From Candidatus Caldarchaeum subterraneum (GTDB lineage: Archaea; Thermoproteota; Nitrososphaeria_A; Caldarchaeales; Caldarchaeaceae): DNA of 24,000 nucleotides. The stretch is from assembly GCA_000270325.1 (NCBI GenBank), contig BA000048.1:678800-702799 (forward strand), given 5' to 3'. The stretch's first letter is position 1; each line of letters opens with the position of its first letter. Under the pieces are notes generated by a model, which saw only the letters and a program-made list of their open reading frames with translations, was not told the DNA's origin and did not search any database. The translations under genes were made by a program, and so were the position numbers. This document shows, piece after piece, positions 14,942-23,074 of the stretch.

Positions 14942-15841
14942 ATGTCTTCCGAGTCCACCCCGGGCTCCCCCGAGAGGCTGGTGGGCGCCAAAGGGAAGAG
15001 GGGTCCGTATACTCCGACAGAGAAGCTGATGAAGGCCTATGATCTGGTTATCCAGCTGCGCCAGCAAGGGCTGACATATAAACAGATAATCAATGAGGTG
15101 GAGAAGACACTTGGTATAAAAATAACGAAAAGCCATTGCAGCTTCTGGTGCCGGCGAATTCACTCGCCATACAACCGGCTATACATCGGCGCCATTGAGT
15201 TTCTGCGACCATCGGAAGACCTCGCATACCTCATCGGCGTGCACGCTGGCGATGCCTATGTTACAGGAGAACAGTTCTTTTTACGTCTGGAGGTCAAGGA
15301 TAAGGATTTTGCCGATGCATACAGCATAAGCTTGTCGAGGGTTCTTGGAAGATATCCGCCGGAGCCGAGGCCAAACAAAGATGGTAAATGGGTTGTTGTG
15401 GTAGCATCTAAGGTTCTCTACCAATTGCTTAGAAAGCCTATTGACATCGACAGGATTAGGCCCTTTGTTGAGCATTGTGAACGATGTGTTGCGATGTTTC
15501 TAAGAGGTTTCTTTGACAGCGAAGGAAGCGTAAGTAAACTTGGAACCATAACAGTGTACAATACTGACTATCAACTACTAGTGTATGTCATTTATCTCCT
15601 GAAGAAACTGGGAATAGAGACGACTTCATACGCTCCGAAGACAAAACAACTAGCTGGTGGACCTTTCAGAAACCCGAGAACCGGCAAGACCTACCACTAT
15701 AACAAAGACTACTATTACCTACGGATACGAAGGTCTTCCAATGAGAGCTATTACAACCTGGTAGGATTTTCGATTGAGCGGAAAAAGCAAAGACTCGAGG
15801 AATACCTCAGGAGACAGAGAAGACGCCTGCCAGCCACCTAA
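14942..15841 (+). CDS. Double-motif LAGLIDADG homing endonuclease-like protein with N-terminal helix-turn-helix extension
   Basis: Strong SD (GGGGGAGGAAA then ATG). LAGLIDADG motif 1 is LAYLIGVHAGDAYV and motif 2 is AMFLRGFFDSEGSV. The N-terminal region of about 90 aa (YDLVIQLRQQGLTYKQIINEVEKTLGIKITKSH) looks like an HTH. Confidence 0.85.
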   Translation: MSSESTPGSPERLVGAKGKRGPYTPTEKLMKAYDLVIQLRQQGLTYKQIINEVEKTLGIKITKSHCSFWCRRIHSPYNRLYIGAIEFLRPSEDLAYLIGVHAGDAYVTGEQFFLRLEVKDKDFADAYSISLSRVLGRYPPEPRPNKDGKWVVVVASKVLYQLLRKPIDIDRIRPFVEHCERCVAMFLRGFFDSEGSVSKLGTITVYNTDYQLLVYVIYLLKKLGIETTSYAPKTKQLAGGPFRNPRTGKTYHYNKDYYYLRIRRSSNESYYNLVGFSIERKKQRLEEYLRRQRRRLPAT

Positions 15842-15847
15842 CCCCCC

Positions 15848-15856
15848 AATTTTTTC
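15848..15856 (+). terminator. T-tract terminator candidate after the LAGLIDADG ORF
   Basis: AATTTTTTC lies 7 nt after the stop. Archaeal terminators are typically oligo-T runs. Confidence 0.35.
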
Positions 15857-16147
15857 CCTAATCACATAGGAAAAGTAAAACCATGTTCGCTCTTAATCCG
15901 TATTTTGTGGGTTAGGGCTAGTCTATCTCCTACTATAAGGAGGGGCTCTTCATGTCGTAGAGGGGCTGAATTTCGCCTCCTACAAGGGGCCGAACAGATA
16001 CTAGAAGCAACACATAAAATACACAAAAAATGGAGCAAGAGCGACCATACTAAACCTTTACTCGTCATTGGTGTCAAATCCTTTAGCCAAAACCACGCCT
16101 TTAGAAGGCTTGAGCAACCCGTTTAAATGCATTCCGGCCGTAAACCC

Positions 16148-16155
16148 TTTTAAAC
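16148..16155 (+). promoter_or_regulatory. TATA box for the Zn-ribbon gene
   Basis: TTTTAAAC ends about 22 nt before ATG 16178, which suggests a leaderless transcript. Confidence 0.35.
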
Positions 16156-16177
16156 TCTCTCACCTCAGCATAGGCAG

Positions 16178-16537
16178 ATGTCCTCTGACTATATCAAGCG
16201 GATGTCTGATGCACTCCGCTCCGGGGCCAAGATGCTTTCCGAGGTTTGCCCCGTCTGCAGTAGCCCGCTTTTTGAGATAGGTGGGGAAATGCGGTGTCTT
16301 CGGTGCGATAAGCCTGTTGTCAGGGTTCGTGAAGAATCAGAGGTTTACGTGGCTTCTACTCCGCTCGTCCTCACGCAGCTGGAGAACGCGATAGTAGCCA
16401 AGCTCGACGCCTTGACGGCTTTACTGCAGCAGACAACAGAACCGGAGGAGATAAAACAGCTCTCAGAAACACTGTCAAGCCTTGTGAAACTGTTTCACGA
16501 AAGCCGAAAGCTCAGTGAAACCTTTCGCAAACAATAG
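16178..16537 (+). CDS. Small Zn-ribbon protein (UPF0148 / autoantigen p27-like family)
   Basis: MSDALRSGAKMLSEVCPVCSSPLFEIGGEMRCLRCDKPV (CxxC...CxxC ribbon after an LxxGAxML helix), followed by a helical tail. The pattern is recalled from the archaeal UPF0148 family. Confidence 0.6.
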   Translation: MSSDYIKRMSDALRSGAKMLSEVCPVCSSPLFEIGGEMRCLRCDKPVVRVREESEVYVASTPLVLTQLENAIVAKLDALTALLQQTTEPEEIKQLSETLSSLVKLFHESRKLSETFRKQ

Positions 16538-16811
16538 CCCTCCAACAACTACCTCAAACAGCTATCGGTAAAGCACCGATATGTTCGTTGGTATTGCTTG
16601 GAGAATATGTGAAATTTGTGGGCGAGTTTGTTGGCCTTTTAAGATAATCAAAAAATGAGCAAGCATCTGCAAATTAGCATATCGATTACCGGATGATGAG
16701 AAAGTTGATAGCATTTTTGCGGCATCCCAGGGGTGACCAGTCTGTTTACCTGTTTCACACCGGTGTATCAGTTTGTGAAGTGGAGGCGGTTTTTAATGAA
16801 GTGGGTTTGCG

Positions 16812-16835
16812 GTTTCCATAGGAAATGAAGGGGTT
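16812..16835 (+). promoter_or_regulatory. Origin recognition box (ORB) 1
   Basis: GTTTCCATAGGAAATGAAGGGGTT: a dyad TTCCAnnGGAA followed by a G-string, which is the ORB architecture known from Sulfolobus/Pyrococcus origins. Confidence 0.6.
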
Positions 16836-16981
16836 CAACAGCGTCGCCACATGTGAAAAGCATCGGAAAATTGAGCTCTGGCTGTAGAATTTGTTTAAAG
16901 AGGTTTTCACGGTCTTTTTTCAAAGATTTTTCGCTTTTGTGAAGAGGTGGGAGGTATATTTGGAAGCTGATGCTTGGGGGA

Positions 16982-17005
16982 GACCCCTCTTTTTCCTATG
17001 GAATT
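16982..17005 (-). promoter_or_regulatory. Origin recognition box (ORB) 2, inverted relative to ORB 1
   Basis: The reverse complement reads AATTCCATAGGAAAAAGAGGGGTC. It shares TTCCATAGGAAA (12/12) and the GGGGT string with ORB 1. Confidence 0.6.
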
Positions 17006-17126
17006 GGTTGTCGCTGGTTAAATGGCTGTTCTAGGTTTTTGTTAAAGAAAAATGGTGTAAAGGATACAGAAGGTTTTACCATTCCATCTAAATCACCAAC
17101 TAGCCACAAACAAGCGGAGCATAGCC

Positions 17127-18392
17127 ATGGCGACTCAAGAAGAAAAAACCTCTCTGGATAGCATAGCCATTCATGGGAAGCCGAGGGGTGGAGACCCTCT
17201 CGAAGACATCATAACCCGATACACCAGCGACAGGTCACCTCTCATCCTCAAACATGAATATCTTAGGTCGGACTATGTGCCCACCGCTCTTCCCCACAGG
17301 ACAGAGCACATCAAAGCGGTTGGCAACGTTTTGGCCACTGTGCTGAGGCCAGTCAAACCCTCCAACCTCTTCATCTACGGCAAAACAGGCACAGGCAAAA
17401 CAGCTGTCTGCCGATACGTTTTCAACAGGTTGTCCAGCGCCGTTGCCGAGAAAGGGTTTGACATCAGGTTTGTCTACATCAACTGTCGCCTCGCGGGCAC
17501 GGAGTATAGGGTTTTGTCAGAGCTATGTGCAGCGGCCGGTGTCGCTGTCCCGTTCACAGGTGTCTCCAAGGGGGAGCTTTTCCGCCGTTTTCAGACAGCC
17601 GCATCGAGGCTGAACAGCTCTTTCGTTGTTTGCCTCGACGAAGTCGACGCATTGGTCAAGGCCTTCGGCGATGATCTTCTATACGAGTTGACACGCTCAA
17701 GCATAGGCTCTGGCTGGGTTTCACTCGTCGGCATCTCCAACGACCTGTTGTTTAAGGAGCAGCTTGACCCGCGTGTTTTGAGCAGCCTCAGCGAGGAGGA
17801 GGTTGTTTTCCAGCCTTACACGGCAACGGAGTTGGCCGACATTCTACGTGAAAGGGCCCGTGCGGCGCTGAGGCCCGGGGCTGTCGGTGAAGATGTTGTC
17901 AGGCTTTGCGCTGCATTGGCCGCCGCTGAGCACGGTGATGCGCGGAGGGCCATTGACCTTCTCCGTGTTTCGGCTGAGGTTGCGGAGAGAGAGGGTGCTG
18001 AGAGGATTGAGGAGCAGCATGTTAGAAGGGCTCAGAGCTTGATCGAGAAGGGCCGCGTCAAGGAGGTGATATCATCGCTTCCTCTCCACAGTCGTCTCGT
18101 CCTCCTCGCTGTCTACATGGTTTCACGCAAAAGCTCCGAAACCACATCCGGAACACTCTACAACACCTACCGCGAATACTGCGTCTCGCTCGGCCTCGAC
18201 CCTCTCACCGACAGACGCGTCAGCACACTTGTCTCAGAGCTTGACATGCTAGGAATAGTTGCATGCGACCTCGTCAGCTACGGGAGACACGGTAGAACAC
18301 GTCGAATAAAGCCCACAATCCCCTTCGACGAAGTGGTGGAAATCCTTGGAAAAGACGAGGCCCTTTCACAGTTTCTTGACGGCCTCTCGTGA
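17127..18392 (+). CDS. cdc6: Orc1/Cdc6 replication initiator
   Basis: Walker A YGKTGTGKT, Walker B VVCLDEVDAL, sensor 1 GISND, sensor 2 GDARRAIDLLR, and a C-terminal winged helix. Confidence 0.95.
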   Translation: MATQEEKTSLDSIAIHGKPRGGDPLEDIITRYTSDRSPLILKHEYLRSDYVPTALPHRTEHIKAVGNVLATVLRPVKPSNLFIYGKTGTGKTAVCRYVFNRLSSAVAEKGFDIRFVYINCRLAGTEYRVLSELCAAAGVAVPFTGVSKGELFRRFQTAASRLNSSFVVCLDEVDALVKAFGDDLLYELTRSSIGSGWVSLVGISNDLLFKEQLDPRVLSSLSEEEVVFQPYTATELADILRERARAALRPGAVGEDVVRLCAALAAAEHGDARRAIDLLRVSAEVAEREGAERIEEQHVRRAQSLIEKGRVKEVISSLPLHSRLVLLAVYMVSRKSSETTSGTLYNTYREYCVSLGLDPLTDRRVSTLVSELDMLGIVACDLVSYGRHGRTRRIKPTIPFDEVVEILGKDEALSQFLDGLS

Positions 18393-19022
18393 AAGCCTGT
18401 CCGCAACCCGCAGCGGCTCGGGATAAGCTCCGCCGAACAAGTCGAAAACCTTTAACAGGTCGTTGAATGATACGCCATATCCTTGGCTGTAGACTGTTTT
18501 TCCTTTGGCGACGCCGATTACCTCATCACCCTCAACTATTTTATCGTGGCTGTTTGATGGCTGCCGTGTGCCTATAAGGATGGATTTCGCCACTCCGATG
18601 GATGGCTTGTCTACGGCGAATCCGAGCAACGTAGCGAGTCCGCAGCGACGTGGATGTGCACGTCCATGTCCATCCGCAACCAATACATCGTAGTCGGTTT
18701 TTGTTCGTTGCAGGGCCCTCAGCATGGCGGGGCCCTCACGCAGCACCAGAAACCCGGGGATATAGGGTGTTGTTTTTCCAGCTATAACCTCCACAACATC
18801 CTCAACCACACGCCTCTCACCCACGTCATACACAACGGCCGCAGCCGCCACACGTCCACGGCGATAAGCCGCGTCAACACCGCAAACACGTTCCACAACT
18901 CCCAGCCTATCCTCAACAGGATAAGCAATCCTCGCCACCGCCTCCTGAATCTTCCCAAAGAAAAAGAGGTAAGGCGACGATGACAACATCAAGTAGACCC
19001 CATTTCTGCATAAAAAACTCAT
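18366..19022 (-). CDS. nfi: Endonuclease V
   Basis: GVDAAY, PYIPGFLVLREGP, DGHGRAHPRRCGLATLLG and PSIGVAKS match the EndoV catalytic motifs. The true start may be the Met at 18989. The 3' end overlaps the orc1/cdc6 3' end by 27 nt (convergent). Confidence 0.85.
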   Translation of the reverse strand: MSFLCRNGVYLMLSSSPYLFFFGKIQEAVARIAYPVEDRLGVVERVCGVDAAYRRGRVAAAAVVYDVGERRVVEDVVEVIAGKTTPYIPGFLVLREGPAMLRALQRTKTDYDVLVADGHGRAHPRRCGLATLLGFAVDKPSIGVAKSILIGTRQPSNSHDKIVEGDEVIGVAKGKTVYSQGYGVSFNDLLKVFDLFGGAYPEPLRVADRLSREAVKKL

Positions 19023-19138
19023 GCGGTTGGAGAATGTTTTTGGGAAATTTTGATGGCATGGGACCCATCGAGATATTGAAGATGAGTTTTTGGCGAGGAT
19101 TTACATGGCTAGAGAAGGGCGCAGACCGCATTAAACCA

Positions 19139-19651
19139 CTACAGGGGCTCGGGTTTTATGGTGATGATTTCGTCGACTGTTTCGTTTTCTTCAGCGGGAT
19201 GTCCTGTTAGACGTGGAGTTAGGCGTTTGTGTTGGCTGATGATTATTTTTGTTGTTGTGGTGCGGTGTGCTTCTCGGATGAATTGCTGGGGGTTGAGGTG
19301 GTGGATGACGGTTAGGCAGAAGAGGTGGCTGAAGACTTTGCAGCGGAAAGGCATGTGGTTTGCATCGGCTTGAACGAGATGTGTGTAGGCGTCGGCCCTT
19401 GAGGCGGCTTTTGCAAGCATGTTGGCCGCTGTGTCAAACCCCACATAATCGACGGGCCCCAGCCTTGAGCGGATGGTTTCGAGAAACAGGGCCGTGCCAC
19501 ATCCCGCGTCGCAAACCCTTGAAACAGGCTCTCTAACCCTGTCAACCGCGTGATGATGCTTGGCCCGCTGCTCATCTCCGTAGAGCTCGTCATAGCCTTC
19601 GCTGAGCGTGTCATAGTCTAGGTAAGCCACGTCATCCACATTTTTTCGCAA
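19139..19651 (-). CDS. Class I SAM-dependent methyltransferase
   Basis: Motif I VCDAGCGTALF and motif post-I/II (VGFDTAANML, LVQADANHMPF). TTG start. Confidence 0.75.
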   Translation of the reverse strand: MRKNVDDVAYLDYDTLSEGYDELYGDEQRAKHHHAVDRVREPVSRVCDAGCGTALFLETIRSRLGPVDYVGFDTAANMLAKAASRADAYTHLVQADANHMPFRCKVFSHLFCLTVIHHLNPQQFIREAHRTTTTKIIISQHKRLTPRLTGHPAEENETVDEIITIKPEPL

Positions 19652-19686
19652 GAATAAAAAGCTGCAACACTGTTTACGGCGGTGGG

Positions 19687-20343
19687 TTGAGGGTTGTTGT
19701 CTACGGCGATGAGACGTGGAGTCTTCTCCGCCGACTAAGGGATAGGGCCCTCACGGTGATGTCTCATCTCGAGCAGCATGGCTTCAGCTCCATCGTCTAC
19801 GGCAGCGTTGCACGCGGCGACGTAACCCTCTCAAGCGACCTCGACATCTTCATCCCCATCCCCGTCCCCATGTATAAGCTGGAGTATGCGCTGTCGCTTC
19901 TCCAGCCCATCCATAAGCGGGAGCTTGTCCAAGCAACACCCTACTACGCTCCCAAAGCCTATCTCTACCTCAGTGAGAAAGATACGGTGTCGGCGCCCAT
20001 GGTTCCCCTCAACCGTGACGAGGAAGGCTTCTACAAGCTGGCTGGATTTCTGACTCTTGAGGAGCTGCGGCGGGATGTGAGAAAACCCGGCATAAACAAG
20101 GCCCTCCAACTCATCATCCCCACAGCAGACGGCCACGTCGAAAAACCCCTGAAACACAGCTTCGAAGAAGCCGTCAAAACACTCGACATCAGCCCCGACA
20201 TCCTCAACTCACGCATCAAAGTCCTGCTAAAAAGAAGAGAAAAAGGACACACAGGGGTCTACCAGCACATAGTCCTGCCCGAGGGCATGAGCTTCGAAGA
20301 AGCCTTCGCCAAACTTATGCAGAAAAGCCGGAGAAAAACTTAA
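19687..20343 (+). CDS. Nucleotidyltransferase-domain protein (Pol beta superfamily)
   Basis: [19 protein letters not shown] is the GS-x9-13-DxD minimal NTase signature. TTG start. Divergent from the methyltransferase gene. Confidence 0.7.
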   Translation: MRVVVYGDETWSLLRRLRDRALTVMSHLEQHGFSSIVYGSVARGDVTLSSDLDIFIPIPVPMYKLEYALSLLQPIHKRELVQATPYYAPKAYLYLSEKDTVSAPMVPLNRDEEGFYKLAGFLTLEELRRDVRKPGINKALQLIIPTADGHVEKPLKHSFEEAVKTLDISPDILNSRIKVLLKRREKGHTGVYQHIVLPEGMSFEEAFAKLMQKSRRKT

Positions 20344-20357
20344 CATCTAAATAGCTG

Positions 20358-21836
20358 ATGTCAAAGTGTTTTCCAAGGGATTTATTGGCGAAAATTTTGG
20401 AGAAGGTTGGTTTAACCTTCGACGACGTCTTGCTTCTGCCCCGCCGTTCCTCTATCAGGTCGCGTAGAGATGTTTCTACGAGGAGTCGGTTTACGCGGAG
20501 GATTGAGCTGGAGGTGCCTATTGTCTCGGCTGCGATGGATACGGTGACGGAGGCTGAGATGGCTGTTGCAATGGCCCGTGAAGGCGGCATAGGTGTCATA
20601 CATCGTTTCAACACCGTTGAGCAGCAGGTTGAGCAGGTTAAGCTGGTGAAACGCGCCGAAAACATAGCTGTCGAGGAGCCGTACACCATCGAACCCGAGG
20701 CCACGGTAGCCGAGGCGGAGGCCCTTATGCGGAGAAAAAACGTCAGCGGACTGCTTGTGACAAAATCGTCGCGGAAACTCGTCGGCATACTCTCGCGACG
20801 CGACATACTCTTCGCACCACGTGAAGCAAAAGTCTCGGAATACATGACTCCGCGTGAAAAACTCATCACAGCGCCGCCCAGCATCTCACTCGAGGAAGCT
20901 AAACAAATTTTCATGAAGCATAAGGTTGAGAAGCTGCCGCTCGTTGACTCGGAGTGGAACATCAAAGGCCTCATCACGAGCGCGGACATAGTCAAGAAGC
21001 TGATGCACCCCAACGCTTCTAGGGATTCGCGAGGAAGGTTAATGGTCGCGGCCGCTATTGGTGTGAGGGAGGAGGCGATGGACCGTGCAGAGGCCCTTCT
21101 CGCGGCTGGAGCCGACTGCTTGGTGATAGACGTCGCCCATGGACACACGGACATGGTCATCAACCTAATCAAACAGCTCCGCCGCTCATTCGGCGAAGAT
21201 TTTGAGCTTGTGGCGGGCAACGTGGCCACCGCAGAAGGTGTCGAAGACCTTGCGGCTGCCGGGGCCTCTGGCGTCAAAGTCGGCGTGGGGCCCGGCTCGG
21301 TGTGCACCACACGCGTTGTCGCTGGTGTCGGTGTGCCGCAGCTGACAGCTATCATGGATTGTGCGGAGACCGCTGAGGCGATGGGTGTCCCGATAATCGC
21401 TGACGGCGGGATAAGGTCGAGCGCAGACCTCGTCAAGGCCCTTGCAGCCGGCGCGTCCACGGTTATGATTGGGAGATTGTTGGCTGGAACGGATGAGAGC
21501 CCGGGAGCCGTGGTTGTCAAAAATGGGCGGAAGATGAAGGTTTACCGAGGCATGGCCTCTTTCTATGCGATGCTCGCCAAAGAGAGCAGGGCAGGCGATG
21601 AAGACTTTTTACAGGATGCTTCGGAGTACAGCTTCATCGCGGAAGGTGTCGAAGCATATGTGCCTTACAAGGGCTCTGCCTCTGATGTGGTGAAGCAGCT
21701 GGTTGCGGGGCTTCGCTCGGGCCTCAGCTATCTCGGCGCATCAAACATCAAGGAGCTGCAGCGGAACGCTGTCTTCATACGCATGACCGAGGCGGGTCTG
21801 AAGGAAAGCCATCCACACGACGTAGAAACGATATGA
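20358..21836 (+). CDS. guaB: Inosine-5'-monophosphate dehydrogenase
   Basis: [11 protein letters not shown]-terminus, a CBS pair insert, the catalytic loop [11 protein letters not shown], and [20 protein letters not shown]. Confidence 0.95.
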   Translation: MSKCFPRDLLAKILEKVGLTFDDVLLLPRRSSIRSRRDVSTRSRFTRRIELEVPIVSAAMDTVTEAEMAVAMAREGGIGVIHRFNTVEQQVEQVKLVKRAENIAVEEPYTIEPEATVAEAEALMRRKNVSGLLVTKSSRKLVGILSRRDILFAPREAKVSEYMTPREKLITAPPSISLEEAKQIFMKHKVEKLPLVDSEWNIKGLITSADIVKKLMHPNASRDSRGRLMVAAAIGVREEAMDRAEALLAAGADCLVIDVAHGHTDMVINLIKQLRRSFGEDFELVAGNVATAEGVEDLAAAGASGVKVGVGPGSVCTTRVVAGVGVPQLTAIMDCAETAEAMGVPIIADGGIRSSADLVKALAAGASTVMIGRLLAGTDESPGAVVVKNGRKMKVYRGMASFYAMLAKESRAGDEDFLQDASEYSFIAEGVEAYVPYKGSASDVVKQLVAGLRSGLSYLGASNIKELQRNAVFIRMTEAGLKESHPHDVETI

Positions 21837-23074
21837 GTGTTGAAGTGGTTGTCGGGCTTCAGTGGGGTGACGAGGGAAAGGGCAAGATTAGCTACGTGTT
21901 GTCGAGGGGTGCGGAAGCTGTTGCGAGGTTTCAGGGCGGGGCGAACGCGGGACACACAATCAAAATCGGTGAGACACGCTACAAATTCAACATGCTTCCC
22001 GCGGGCTGTCTTGCAGGGCCCCGGCCCGTCATAGCGTCGGGATGTCTCCTCGACCCCGAAGCATTCGAGAAAGAGCTGCAGCTCCTCCAAACAAGTGGCC
22101 ATCGTCATCAACCGCTTGTGAGCATGGGTGCCCACATCGTTTTCCCCATGCACCGTGAACTGGACGGCAGACTCGAGTCTCTCCGCGGCTCTTCAGCGGT
22201 TGGAACAACAAGGCGAGGGATAGGCCCCGCCTATGCCGATAAGATGCTCCGTGTCGGGATAAGGGTCGGTGACCTGTTGTCTCATAGTTCTCTCGGGGAG
22301 AAAGTGAAGTTTCTGCGGAGGCTGCACGGTGTTGAGCCGGGTGTCGACTTTGAGAAGCTGGAGAAGCTGTTGAGGCCTTTTGCGGGAAATGTCTCGGGGT
22401 TTTTGAATGAGGTGGTTGAGTCTGGGGGCCGTGTGTTGCTAGAGGGTGCGCAGGGCACTCTGCTGGACATAGACCACGGCACCTACCCCTACGTGACCTC
22501 GTCCAACACCATATCCGCAAACGGCTTCGTCTCAACAGGCTTGCCCATATCTAGAAAAGGCCAAATCATCGGCGTAACCAAGGCATACACCACACGCGTC
22601 GGCGCAGGCCCCTTTCCCACAGAAATAACAGGCCCCACAGCGGAAACCATCCGCGAGAAAGGCGGAGAATTTGGAACAACCACGGGAAGGCCCCGGCGCA
22701 TAGGCTGGCTCGACATACCTGCCCTGAGATACGCATGCATGATAAACGGCGTAGACACAGTGGCGGTCACCAAGAGCGACGTGTTGTCAGGTCTTCCGAC
22801 GGTCAAGGCCTGTGTCAGATACATGGTGGATGGCGTGGAGACAACCCGTTTCGGTGATTTTCTGCATCGCCTAGACGAGGTTCAGCCTGTTTACGAGGAG
22901 TTCCATGGCTGGAATATGGATGAAGCCGGCCTCCGCAGGGTCGTTGAGAAGGGCTGGGACGAGCTTCCGCCAAACCTCCGCGAATACCTCGAGTGGCTGG
23001 AGAAACAGCTCCGCGTAAACATCTCCATCGCGTCGGTGGGTGAGGAGGCTTCACTCACGGTAACGAGGAGATAA
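21833..23074 (+). CDS. purA: Adenylosuccinate synthetase
   Basis: GLQWGDEGKGKI, GGANAGHT and TTGRPRRIGWLD. The ATG overlaps the guaB stop (ATGA). Confidence 0.95.
   Translation: MSVEVVVGLQWGDEGKGKISYVLSRGAEAVARFQGGANAGHTIKIGETRYKFNMLPAGCLAGPRPVIASGCLLDPEAFEKELQLLQTSGHRHQPLVSMGAHIVFPMHRELDGRLESLRGSSAVGTTRRGIGPAYADKMLRVGIRVGDLLSHSSLGEKVKFLRRLHGVEPGVDFEKLEKLLRPFAGNVSGFLNEVVESGGRVLLEGAQGTLLDIDHGTYPYVTSSNTISANGFVSTGLPISRKGQIIGVTKAYTTRVGAGPFPTEITGPTAETIREKGGEFGTTTGRPRRIGWLDIPALRYACMINGVDTVAVTKSDVLSGLPTVKACVRYMVDGVETTRFGDFLHRLDEVQPVYEEFHGWNMDEAGLRRVVEKGWDELPPNLREYLEWLEKQLRVNISIASVGEEASLTVTRR

Larger units (their letters stand above)
16540..17126. other. Replication origin (oriC) region upstream of orc1/cdc6
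   Basis: A 587-bp non-coding region directly 5' of orc1/cdc6. It contains two inverted ORB-type elements flanking about 146 bp with AT-rich runs (a DUE candidate), plus several GTGAAA/TTTCAC-containing repeats (16609, 16752, 16775, 16853, 16905, 16939). Confidence 0.65.

Noticed and set aside
14098-15163. Multiple 66-124-aa ORFs in several frames (for example 14225-14569, 14365-14646, 14668-15042, 14795-15163)
   Set aside because: They overlap one another, are rich in Arg/Gly/Pro/Trp/Cys, lack start contexts, and coincide with helices that show compensatory structure. I read the region as RNA, not protein.
16690-16745. C/D box sRNA (ATGATGA at 16694-16700), and a similar ATGATGT/CTGA pair at 11191-11224
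   Set aside because: No properly spaced D', C' and terminal CTGA boxes or terminal stem. The 11.19-kb pair is too short.
18366-18392. 27-nt convergent overlap of the orc1/cdc6 and nfi 3' ends (and the 20-nt overlap at 10721-10740, and the 29-nt overlap at 7548-7576)
   Set aside because: Short convergent overlaps are common in compact archaeal genomes, and no additional structure is seen.
20315-21520. 401-aa ORF antisense to guaB
   Set aside because: Its low-complexity Ser/Ala/Thr-rich translation is a mirror image of a strongly conserved IMPDH frame. This is a typical shadow ORF in GC-rich coding DNA.
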